36,386 nt of DNA. It comes from a virus. Its lineage: Duplodnaviria > Caudoviricetes. How positions within the stretch are numbered: position 1 is the first letter of the stretch; each line of letters starts with the position of its first letter. Both the position numbers and the translations under genes were made by a program. Of this stretch, positions 26,793 to 33,885 are shown one piece after another. The stretch covers positions 1 to 36,386 of IMG/VR virus record IMGVR_UViG_3300030329_003598. The stretch is one strand, 5' to 3'. The notes beneath the pieces are model-generated. The model saw nothing but the letters and a program-made list of their open reading frames with translations. It made no database searches and was not told the DNA's origin.

Positions 26793-27215
26793 ATGGTATC
26801 TAAAAAACAAACAAAAGAATCAGAAATGTTAAAACTTTTAAATGGTGATGATAGTACAATAATTGATATAGAATCTAGATATCCAGAAATGACAGATTTA
26901 TTAATTATGCATTTTTACAACTCATATAAGCTGTTTTGTAAAAAGCAATCAGACTATGGTGATGGCAACATTAGATTAGGTCGAGACATAGACTCATCCA
27001 ATCAAACCTCCTCCTCAGTTAAGGATAATGTGTTAGCTCAATTTGGTGTTGCCATTCGTATGAGTGATAAAATAAATAGACTAATGACTTTGATAGAAAA
27101 AGAATTAATGAATAATGGAGACCCAAACAATGAGAGTATTGAAGATAGTTGTTTGGACATTATGAATTATGCAAACATGTTAATGATAATAAGAAAAAAT
27201 AAGTGGGGTAAATAA
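26793..27215 (+). CDS. DUF1599 / nucleotide-modification-associated domain protein
   Basis: KKQSDYG, IRMSDKINRL, ESIEDSCLDIMNYA motifs. Confidence 0.8.
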   Translation: MVSKKQTKESEMLKLLNGDDSTIIDIESRYPEMTDLLIMHFYNSYKLFCKKQSDYGDGNIRLGRDIDSSNQTSSSVKDNVLAQFGVAIRMSDKINRLMTLIEKELMNNGDPNNESIEDSCLDIMNYANMLMIIRKNKWGK

Positions 27216-27484
27216 TGGAAATAATAAAGTTTGTTAAGTATGAATCAGGAAACATTATGGGATTCCTTGATATTAAAACCAGTGAGGGTTTTGAAATGAA
27301 GGGGTTTAAATTAATTAATGGAGAGAAGGGTATGTTTGTAGGTGCGCCATCTCAAAAAGGTAAGGATGGAAAATATTATGATTTAGTTTGGATTCCTAAG
27401 GAGTTAAATGAGAAACTTCTTGACCTTGCTTCAAATGAAATAGACTTGACAGCATCTCAATCAAATCAAGATGTGCCATTTTAA
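27215..27484 (+). CDS. SpoVG-like nucleic-acid-binding protein with SSB-type acidic tail
   Basis: GFKLINGEKGMFVGAPSQKGKDGKYYD; ends in QDVPF. Confidence 0.7.
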   Translation: MEIIKFVKYESGNIMGFLDIKTSEGFEMKGFKLINGEKGMFVGAPSQKGKDGKYYDLVWIPKELNEKLLDLASNEIDLTASQSNQDVPF

Positions 27485-27491
27485 ATAGTGC

Positions 27492-27776
27492 ATGTTGATT
27501 GTTGAATTAAATAAAAACTTATGGGAATCAACTACAACAAATAACATAAAAGAGGAAAACTTGGAAGATTATACAAATCAAAAACTGATGGAAAAAAAGA
27601 TTAGCGATCAAAATGAAGAAATTGCTAAATTAAGAAGTCAGTTAGAAGAAGCAAGAGCACTTTTAAGGTCAATCGTAAAAGCACTTCTGGAACAGAATAA
27701 TGCAATAGGTAAACAAGCAGAACCTGAACTGGAGAAGTTAGAAGATGAACGAAGACCTGATACTGGAACTCAATAG
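27492..27776 (+). CDS. Hypothetical coiled-coil protein
   Basis: ORF in operon context, heptad pattern. Confidence 0.55.
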   Translation: MLIVELNKNLWESTTTNNIKEENLEDYTNQKLMEKKISDQNEEIAKLRSQLEEARALLRSIVKALLEQNNAIGKQAEPELEKLEDERRPDTGTQ

Positions 27777-28002
27777 CCAAGCAGAACTATTAGACAGTGG
27801 ATTTGATGATGCTATAGTAGGTGTTGGTTTTAATGCCAACAAGGATGTCATTGCTATATACAGCAGGACTGGATGCATTGATATTATTAGCAGTCAAGGA
27901 ATTGAAAAGATAGATGCTACTGAGTTGTTTAATAGAATGGCATCACAGCTATATGGTGTACATGCCCCAATGTTTATGGCTCTTTTATGGGAACTTGATT
28001 AA
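27745..28002 (+). CDS. Phage hypothetical protein
   Basis: GGAG RBS; GFDDAIVGV...IAIYS...CI motif. Confidence 0.65.
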   Translation: MNEDLILELNSQAELLDSGFDDAIVGVGFNANKDVIAIYSRTGCIDIISSQGIEKIDATELFNRMASQLYGVHAPMFMALLWELD

Positions 28003-28142
28003 TGGGGGTGAGCAAGGATTTTACTAATTTGGTGAAAAGCCTGATGACGTCGAAAAGAAAAGCCAAGCAAACCCCCAAACATAAAGACCCTGAAAAAGCT
28101 CTGAGAAATTATATCACAAAAAAGTATGGGAAAATTACTTGA
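28002..28142 (+). CDS. 46-aa basic protein (not in ORF track)
   Basis: TAATG overlap at start and TTGA overlap with the next gene; fills the gap exactly. Confidence 0.6.
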   Translation: MGVSKDFTNLVKSLMTSKRKAKQTPKHKDPEKALRNYITKKYGKIT

Positions 28143-28579
28143 GTTATAAGCAACCTTTCAAAGAAAGAAATAAATCCAACATTGGCGAAGAGCAATGTGA
28201 AAAATACCTTGAGTCTAAGGGTGTTACTTATACTAGGTATGGATTTGATTGTTTGTTCGATGTCCACTGGAAGAAATTTATGTTAATACCAGAGTTTTTA
28301 AGGTGCACGCCTGACTATATGGTTATGACAGATGACAAGGCAATGCTATTAGAGGCAAAATATTGTGGTGAAATCCTAAGATTAAAAGTAGATGATATGA
28401 GACAATATGGAAAATGGAATGATATTGTTGATGTGTTTTTCTTTATCTATTCGTCAACCAAGAGAACCCACAAAATATTAAACTATAAAAAACTAATTAA
28501 TCTTGCATCTATGTGTGAGATAGATAGATATGAAGATAACAATAAACCTTATTACAAGATAAACTTTGAGGATATATAA
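28139..28579 (+). CDS. PD-(D/E)XK nuclease-like protein
   Basis: GEEQCE...TPDY...LLEAK. Confidence 0.65.
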   Translation: MSYKQPFKERNKSNIGEEQCEKYLESKGVTYTRYGFDCLFDVHWKKFMLIPEFLRCTPDYMVMTDDKAMLLEAKYCGEILRLKVDDMRQYGKWNDIVDVFFFIYSSTKRTHKILNYKKLINLASMCEIDRYEDNNKPYYKINFEDI

Positions 28580-28716
28580 TGACAGAAAAAAAGATAATTT
28601 ATAAAATAAAGCAGGTATCTCAGGGAAAGTGGTGGATAGAGCAGTATCTAAGAGATGTTTGTTCTACAAGGAAGGATAGGTTTCAAAAGAGATATGAAAA
28701 CAGTGGTACATGTTAA
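28579..28716 (+). CDS. 45-aa hypothetical protein (not in ORF track)
   Basis: TAATG overlap, GAGG RBS; MTEKKIIYKIKQVSQGKWWIEQY... Confidence 0.45.
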   Translation: MTEKKIIYKIKQVSQGKWWIEQYLRDVCSTRKDRFQKRYENSGTC

Positions 28717-28918
28717 TCAGCATAAGATAAAGAGCAATTCAAAGACTGGTGCAAGAGAGCCAGTAATAACAGCTAAAACATATAAAAGTAATAATTATTG
28801 TTATGAAGTAGCGATCGAAGGTCCTTGCAAGGTGGTATATAGACCTGATAAACCTTTATCTTGTGGTGCTAAGGTCTGGATTGAAACCAAAAGTGATGTA
28901 ACCTGCATAGATGGCTAA
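28694..28918 (+). CDS. Phage hypothetical protein
   Basis: HVNQH..I..N...EPVIT.K...VY.PDKPLSCGAKVWIET motif; likely start ATG 28694. Confidence 0.7.
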   Translation: MKTVVHVNQHKIKSNSKTGAREPVITAKTYKSNNYCYEVAIEGPCKVVYRPDKPLSCGAKVWIETKSDVTCIDG

Positions 28919-29330
28919 GAAAACCCCAAGACAAAGGGTTGTAAAAAGATTAGATACAATAGTGTCTATAATAATAAGGGAAAGAGATAAGAAGTGTGTT
29001 CAATGTGGTTCCCCAGAGAATTTAACTAATGGGCACGTTTTCAGCAGAAGGGCATATTCAACTAGGTGGGATGTTTCAGATGATGGAAATTGCCACACTC
29101 AATGCTGGGGATGCAACTACAAGCATGGAATGGATAACTATGATTACTTTACCTGGTACACTAAAAAGTTTGGTCAGGAAAGGTTTGAACAACTTCGCAA
29201 AGAGTACAAGACAATAAAGAAGTATAATACTTATGAGTTGGAGGAGTTATACGAACAGTTAACACAACAACATAAGGCTAACAATGAGAACCAAATTAAC
29301 AAACTACGAAAGGATAGTGGACAAACTTGA
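28911..29330 (+). CDS. ninG: NinG/Rap-like HNH recombination endonuclease
   Basis: IRERD..CVQCG...GHVFSR...TRWD...NCHTQCWGCN. Confidence 0.8.
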   Translation: MAKKTPRQRVVKRLDTIVSIIIRERDKKCVQCGSPENLTNGHVFSRRAYSTRWDVSDDGNCHTQCWGCNYKHGMDNYDYFTWYTKKFGQERFEQLRKEYKTIKKYNTYELEELYEQLTQQHKANNENQINKLRKDSGQT

Positions 29331-29475
29331 TGCGCCAATAAGAGACATAGAAATAAAAGCATGTTGGTTTGGATTAAAAAAATCAGACCTATCATATAGT
29401 GATAAGATAGAATACATACAGAACCATTGGAATGTAAGCAAAGAGACAGTGGAAAAAGCAATATATAGTAAGTGA
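29284..29475 (+). CDS. Small putative HTH DNA-binding protein
   Basis: RDIEI...WNVSKETVEKAIY resembles a C-terminal HTH. Confidence 0.5.
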   Translation: MRTKLTNYERIVDKLDAPIRDIEIKACWFGLKKSDLSYSDKIEYIQNHWNVSKETVEKAIYSK

Positions 29476-29891
29476 AATCTGCATCTGATATAGGACACGC
29501 AGGTGAGCTATTTGCATTGTTTACAATTTATATGCAGGGATATCATGCCCAGCGATCGCCAAACAAGAGACCATATGATTTATTATTAGAGGTTGATAGT
29601 AAAATAATAAAGATTCAGGTCAAAACCTCAACCCACAAAGATAAAAACAAAAAGAATGGTGGATATATTTACCAGCTAAGAAGAAGAACAAGAACCTTTG
29701 TAAATCAAAAAGCTATACACGTTGATTTTAAATATAAGCCTGAGGACTTTGATATATATGCGTTTGTTCAACCTGAGCTGTTAAAAGTTGCATTTATCCA
29801 TAGGAGCCAAATAACAACTAAGTATAAGAAGATATTACAACCTGCTGATTATTGCCTATATCCACTAAAAGAGGCTCTTGAATTGGTATGA
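29472..29891 (+). CDS. PD-(D/E)XK endonuclease (homing-endonuclease-like)
   Basis: GHAGE...PYDLL...KIQVKT...FDIYAFV. Confidence 0.75.
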   Translation: MKSASDIGHAGELFALFTIYMQGYHAQRSPNKRPYDLLLEVDSKIIKIQVKTSTHKDKNKKNGGYIYQLRRRTRTFVNQKAIHVDFKYKPEDFDIYAFVQPELLKVAFIHRSQITTKYKKILQPADYCLYPLKEALELV

Positions 29892-30127
29892 TACTGGTAG
29901 ATATATATATAGTGTGTGCTTTGGGCTTTGGCATCATTGATGAAATAAGCAACCTTGAGAACCCTAGGCCTAGACCTATTAGAGAGTATATACTATGCAA
30001 CTGGAATGAAAAAGACTTTTACAACATTGATGGTGTCTGGGTTTTAAGGAAAGAGTGTAGTACTGATAAGGGGTTTAAAAGAAAGGCTAGGGAATCTTAC
30101 TATAAAAAAAAGGGGCTACAAAAGTAA
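29888..30127 (+). CDS. Hypothetical protein with hydrophobic N-terminus
   Basis: ATGA overlap; last plus-strand gene before the convergent terminator. Confidence 0.55.
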   Translation: MILVDIYIVCALGFGIIDEISNLENPRPRPIREYILCNWNEKDFYNIDGVWVLRKECSTDKGFKRKARESYYKKKGLQK

Positions 30128-30131
30128 CCCC
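30104..30131 (-). terminator. Rho-independent terminator of the minus-strand array
   Basis: On the minus strand GGGGTTAC-TTTT-GTAGCCCC followed by T8. Confidence 0.8.
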
Positions 30132-30153
30132 CCAAATTTAACACATCTCCTAT

Positions 30154-30570
30154 TTAATTATCATTGCTATCATTCATAATACGTGCATCATCATTTATAA
30201 CAAAGTCATGCTCACAGATATGTCTTTGGCTAAAACAACCATAGCAATCATCTTCAATAATATCAACTGTGTATCCTTCTAGGTGATATAAGCCCTTAAA
30301 CTCACCTTTAGAACAAGGTTTTAGATTTAAGAAATCTTCATCAATAGATTCATAACTCCATTTCTTTATAATACTCTGATAAACATTTTTAGTTACCCAA
30401 ATATTAGCCCAACCATTCCAATATGTTCCATCAGTAAATCCTTCCATATCAAAAGAAAATGGTTCTGTAAAATTCCATTGAACTTTTATCTTTTTAACTT
30501 TTTTCTCTGTTACATCAACCATTTTAACAACCTCTTGCCCATCTATGTTTTCCATAATTCTTTTTTTCAT
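30154..30570 (-). CDS. Hypothetical protein (GTYWNGWA motif)
   Basis: Preceded by AGGAGAACAAGTAATG junction. Confidence 0.75.
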   Translation of the reverse strand: MKKRIMENIDGQEVVKMVDVTEKKVKKIKVQWNFTEPFSFDMEGFTDGTYWNGWANIWVTKNVYQSIIKKWSYESIDEDFLNLKPCSKGEFKGLYHLEGYTVDIIEDDCYGCFSQRHICEHDFVINDDARIMNDSNDN

Positions 30571-30589
30571 TACTTGTTCTCCTTTTCTA

Positions 30590-30889
30590 TTAATTCATTT
30601 CCAATTCAAATTTTTTAGACATTTCTTTGCCGAGTGGTGTTTCTGTAAAAAACTTTTTTAAATATTTAAAATCTAATTCTTCATCAAGAAACTGAAAAAC
30701 AAAAGCCCAATCTCTTTCTGTTTTAGGCTCATATTTTCCTAACATTTTTTTTATTTTTTTTATATTTGGAATTTCAAATTTTTGATTTTTCCATACAGAT
30801 AAGGGAAATATTCCATTATTTATATTTTCTATAATCAGAAGTATTGTCCAAATAACATTTTTCTCATCTCTACTTAATTTTACTTTCAC
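30590..30889 (-). CDS. Hypothetical protein
   Basis: AGGAG RBS with TAGTG coupling. Confidence 0.7.
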   Translation of the reverse strand: MKVKLSRDEKNVIWTILLIIENINNGIFPLSVWKNQKFEIPNIKKIKKMLGKYEPKTERDWAFVFQFLDEELDFKYLKKFFTETPLGKEMSKKFELEMN

Positions 30890-31077
30890 TATATTCTCCT
30901 TTTTGGTAATAATTTAATAATGTTAATAGCCTTATCAACTGCTTCTTCTAGCTCTTCACAATGATTATTTATTACCCCATCTTCAATCATCTCATCTTCA
31001 TCTACAATTTGAAACATATTTGAGCCTAAATGATTTGAAACTTCCAATAAACAATCCAATAATTTTTCTTTTTTCAT
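30889..31077 (-). CDS. Hypothetical acidic protein
   Basis: Junction repeat upstream. Confidence 0.75.
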   Translation of the reverse strand: MKKEKLLDCLLEVSNHLGSNMFQIVDEDEMIEDGVINNHCEELEEAVDKAINIIKLLPKRRI

Positions 31078-31301
31078 TACTTATTCTCCTTTACATATAT
31101 TTGCAATGCTTTATTCATAGCAACCTTTAAGGATTTATAAAATTTACCTAATGGAAATGTTTGATTAGTTCTGTGGTTATGAACCAAATACACTTTCTTG
31201 CTATTCCAATGTTCATTTATCTCTTCTATATAAATATTATCATCAGATTTAAGTTCATATAAAGTATAATTATCATCTTTTACACAATTAAATTCATTCA
31301 T
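31077..31301 (-). CDS. Hypothetical protein
   Basis: Junction repeats at both ends; ends in KENK. Confidence 0.75.
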   Translation of the reverse strand: MNEFNCVKDDNYTLYELKSDDNIYIEEINEHWNSKKVYLVHNHRTNQTFPLGKFYKSLKVAMNKALQIYVKENK

Positions 31302-31468
31302 TACTTGTTCTCCTTTACATGTTTATCTAAGATGTATGCAATATGTAATCCAATGGTTCTCATATTGTTTTTAGCATCCTTAGATATTTTATTTTTAAGT
31401 TCCTTGGGCAATCTAATGCTACAAAATTCCCAATCCTTAGTAAGCATATTTTTAGTAGTGTCTTTCAT
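31301..31468 (-). CDS. Arc/Mnt-like ribbon-helix-helix regulator, 55 aa (not in ORF track)
   Basis: MKDTTKNMLTKDWEFCSIRLPKELKNKISKDAKNNMRTIGLHIAYILDKHVKENK; SIRLP.EL...I...A....R pattern; junction repeats at both ends. Confidence 0.75.
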   Translation of the reverse strand: MKDTTKNMLTKDWEFCSIRLPKELKNKISKDAKNNMRTIGLHIAYILDKHVKENK

Positions 31469-31665
31469 TACTTCTTCTCCTTAATTGTTATTTCAAATAC
31501 CTTGTTAATAAATTTCTCTTTTTGTTTAGCATCTTTAAAATCAATATTATGAACTACAAATAATAATATCTCATCAAACTTACATTTCTCTTTATCAGTT
31601 AAATGAAATCTATCTCCCCAGATACAACCTTTTAAAATTCTCAATGTTTCAGCAAGTTTATTCAT
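31468..31665 (-). CDS. Hypothetical protein
   Basis: Junction repeats at both ends; ends in KEKK. Confidence 0.75.
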   Translation of the reverse strand: MNKLAETLRILKGCIWGDRFHLTDKEKCKFDEILLFVVHNIDFKDAKQKEKFINKVFEITIKEKK

Positions 31666-32045
31666 TACTTGTTCCCCTTGTTTACTAATTCTAGATATTT
31701 TTCATTGATTTCAAAACTACCCTCATCATCAAAAAGTCCAACAACCTTACACCATTCTCTGCAAAGTATTTTTACAAATTTTACTACATCTCCATCACAC
31801 TCAACGAACCCACTCATAGTATATTCAACTAAATCTTTGTTGTCAAATTCCCCTAAATCAAATCCATATTCATCATAATATTTAGTTCTATATCTGTATT
31901 GATTTATATCTGCATAATCCCCAACAGATACATTTTCATATCCTATTTCAGTAGCATCACATTTTCTTCCATCTGGTAATGTGAATATAATATTTTCCCC
32001 ACCAAAATATTCGCCATATTTAAATTTAATTGTTATTTTTTTCAT
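31665..32045 (-). CDS. Hypothetical acidic protein
   Basis: Junction repeats at both ends; ends in KGNK. Confidence 0.75.
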   Translation of the reverse strand: MKKITIKFKYGEYFGGENIIFTLPDGRKCDATEIGYENVSVGDYADINQYRYRTKYYDEYGFDLGEFDNKDLVEYTMSGFVECDGDVVKFVKILCREWCKVVGLFDDEGSFEINEKYLELVNKGNK

Positions 32046-32233
32046 TACTTGTTCTCCTCTTTATTCCTATTAATAAAAGCCATCATAGATTCAACATCTT
32101 CTTTAGTTATATTGATTATATCTGTAGAATGTTTATCTTCATACTTTACAATGCTAAACCTACCATCACCATCATCTACTATTTCAACTGCCCATTTTCC
32201 AAACTCTTTAATTGTTTTAAATTCTACTCTCAT
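32045..32233 (-). CDS. Hypothetical protein
   Basis: Junction repeats at both ends; ends in EENK. Confidence 0.75.
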   Translation of the reverse strand: MRVEFKTIKEFGKWAVEIVDDGDGRFSIVKYEDKHSTDIINITKEDVESMMAFINRNKEENK

Positions 32234-32466
32234 TACTTGTTCTCCTCTTTGATATTTGATAGTATTCCCTTGCCATAAGCATAGCCATTTTCTATAGCCA
32301 TTTGATTTATTGTATTGTCCATTTCTATTTCAAGCTCTTTTTTAAGCATTTTCAAAGAAAAAATCTGCCCTGCAATCTGTAGTTCCTGCCACTTTTCAAT
32401 AGGTGTATTGCTTAGATATTCAATGTTCTTTTCGATCGTTTTAATTATTTCTACTTTCATATTCAC
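32233..32466 (-). CDS. Hypothetical protein, first gene of the array
   Basis: GGAG upstream (start GTG 32466 or the ATG two codons later); ends in EENK. Confidence 0.7.
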   Translation of the reverse strand: MNMKVEIIKTIEKNIEYLSNTPIEKWQELQIAGQIFSLKMLKKELEIEMDNTINQMAIENGYAYGKGILSNIKEENK

Positions 32467-32505
32467 ATCTCCAAATGTTGTTTATTAATTTCAAACCTCA
32501 CACTA

Positions 32506-32534
32506 AAAATATGATGAATAAAATTAAGAAGCAA
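32506..32534 (-). promoter_or_regulatory. Candidate promoter for the minus-strand array
   Basis: TTGCTT-N17-TATTTT on the minus strand in the divergent intergenic region. Confidence 0.35.
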
Positions 32535-32613
32535 GTATTATTTGTTAGTTCCAACAAATACCTTATAAACTAATAAGGTGATTTATGTCACAAAATTAGG
32601 TTAATATTAAAGT

Positions 32614-32904
32614 ATGACAGAAGTGCTTTTCTTTGCCATAGGGACAGGAATGGGATATTTTCTATCCCTTTTGGCATTTAAACAAGGTTCCAAGACAGTT
32701 CAACAGGCAGTTGACACATTCACGCAACCTAATTTAACCCCAGAACAACAAGAACAAGAAGAGGCTATTACTACAGAAGAGAATATATATAACTGGGGAG
32801 AGATGGAAGAGGCTCTTGATAGATATACAGGTGTAAAGGTAGACCCTATGAATGACTTGGATAATATCGATCCTGAGGACAAGGATTTTGAGGAGTTAAA
32901 CTGA
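32614..32904 (+). CDS. Membrane-anchored acidic hypothetical protein
   Basis: N-terminal TM segment VLFFAIGTGMGYFLSLLAF. Confidence 0.65.
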   Translation: MTEVLFFAIGTGMGYFLSLLAFKQGSKTVQQAVDTFTQPNLTPEQQEQEEAITTEENIYNWGEMEEALDRYTGVKVDPMNDLDNIDPEDKDFEELN

Positions 32905-33005
32905 TGCCAAGAAGAAGGAAGAGGAGTTTATCTAAGGACTGTAAGAAGATACTTAAGGGCAGTGGTAAAAGTTTTATGAAATTTATAAAGAAGATGGGCA
33001 AATGA
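32904..33005 (+). CDS. 33-aa basic peptide (not in ORF track)
   Basis: GAGGAG RBS, TGATG and ATGA overlaps; MPRRRKRSLSKDCKKILKGSGKSFMKFIKKMGK. Confidence 0.6.
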   Translation: MPRRRKRSLSKDCKKILKGSGKSFMKFIKKMGK

Positions 33006-33250
33006 TAAACAAAGAGATATCATTGGGCACTATATTATCTGCCTGTACAATACTGGCTACATTTATATATACTCAAGGAGTAACTGCAACAAAGATTGAG
33101 GAGTTAGAATCTGATAATAAGATTGCAATGACAAGGGTATCTAATGCAGAAAATAATTTAAATGAAATCAATGTAAAGATAGGAAAGATGGAAACCAAGA
33201 TGGATGAAGGGTTTAAACACATTGAGAATCTGATACTACACGAGCTGTAA
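33002..33250 (+). CDS. TM plus coiled-coil protein
   Basis: ISLGTILSACTILATFIY followed by heptads. Confidence 0.65.
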   Translation: MINKEISLGTILSACTILATFIYTQGVTATKIEELESDNKIAMTRVSNAENNLNEINVKIGKMETKMDEGFKHIENLILHEL

Positions 33251-33261
33251 GGAGCGTCCAC

Positions 33262-33468
33262 ATGCCCATAAAAGAACCAACGAATATTGAGAAAGCAGTA
33301 ATATGGTTAATAAAGAACAATAAGATATTCACTAGAATAATAAATGAGGCCTGTGGTGAGGCATATGAGATAGGGTTCAGGACAGGGTTCTTAGAGGGTG
33401 GTGCAAAGTTTGGAAAGAAGTATCAGAAGAAAGTAAAAAAAGCAATGAAGGGTATGTACAAGGCTTAG
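33262..33468 (+). CDS. Hypothetical protein
   Basis: AAGGAG RBS. Confidence 0.65.
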   Translation: MPIKEPTNIEKAVIWLIKNNKIFTRIINEACGEAYEIGFRTGFLEGGAKFGKKYQKKVKKAMKGMYKA

Positions 33469-33570
33469 GGATGATATTACACACAAGGCAAGGACAAAGA
33501 CCTTAGAATCACTCTCCCTATTAATTTAAAATCGATCGCTAAGAGGGGAAAATAACCCAGATAAAACAGG

Positions 33571-33885
33571 ATGAAAAACAGAGATAGCAAAGGAAAATTT
33601 ATTAAAGGTGTTAGTGGTAACCCAAATGGGAGACCTAAGGGAAGTACATCTACTGCTCAAGCATTTAGAGACCATCCAAAGACAGAGGGTATAATGGAAA
33701 AGATACTAGAGATAGCAGGTACATTAGGCACAGACAATGAGCATAAAGATGCAATGTCCTGTGCTAAGTTGGTTGCAGATAAGAATGTACCTACATTAAA
33801 GGCTCAAGAATTAAATATAGAGGGTGATATAACACCTGGTTTTGTGGTATTGCCTGAAGAAAAACCATCGAAGAAGGAAGAATAA
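33571..33885 (+). CDS. terS: Terminase small subunit
   Basis: RDSKGKFIKGVSGNPNGRPKGS N-terminal motif, directly upstream of terL. Confidence 0.75.
   Translation: MKNRDSKGKFIKGVSGNPNGRPKGSTSTAQAFRDHPKTEGIMEKILEIAGTLGTDNEHKDAMSCAKLVADKNVPTLKAQELNIEGDITPGFVVLPEEKPSKKEE

Larger units (their letters stand above)
30568..32246 (-). repeat. Gene-junction repeat AGGAGAACAAGTAATG (RBS + stop + start): 7 close copies and 1 variant
   Basis: Exact at 30568, 31299, 32043, 32231; one mismatch at 31075, 31466, 31663; variant AGGAGAATATAGTG at 30887. Confidence 0.95.

Noticed and set aside
9956-29559. GCGATCGC (HIP1) at 9956, 16429 and 29552 as evidence of a cyanobacterial host
   Set aside because: Only 3 of 31 sites are full HIP1, the shared core is CGATCR, and no cyanophage marker genes are recognisable
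30568-32246. Junction repeats as a CRISPR array or integron attC sites
   Set aside because: Repeats are 16 bp, non-palindromic, separated by whole genes of variable length, and no cas or integrase gene is present
31669-32278. Plus-strand ORFs 31669-31878, 32030-32278 and 32049-32252
   Set aside because: Antisense to the minus-strand genes that carry clear RBS junction repeats
23111-32466. Lysogeny module (integrase, CI repressor, attP) or tRNA genes
   Set aside because: No recombinase motifs or cloverleaf sequences were recognised, and the intergenic gaps are short and otherwise explained
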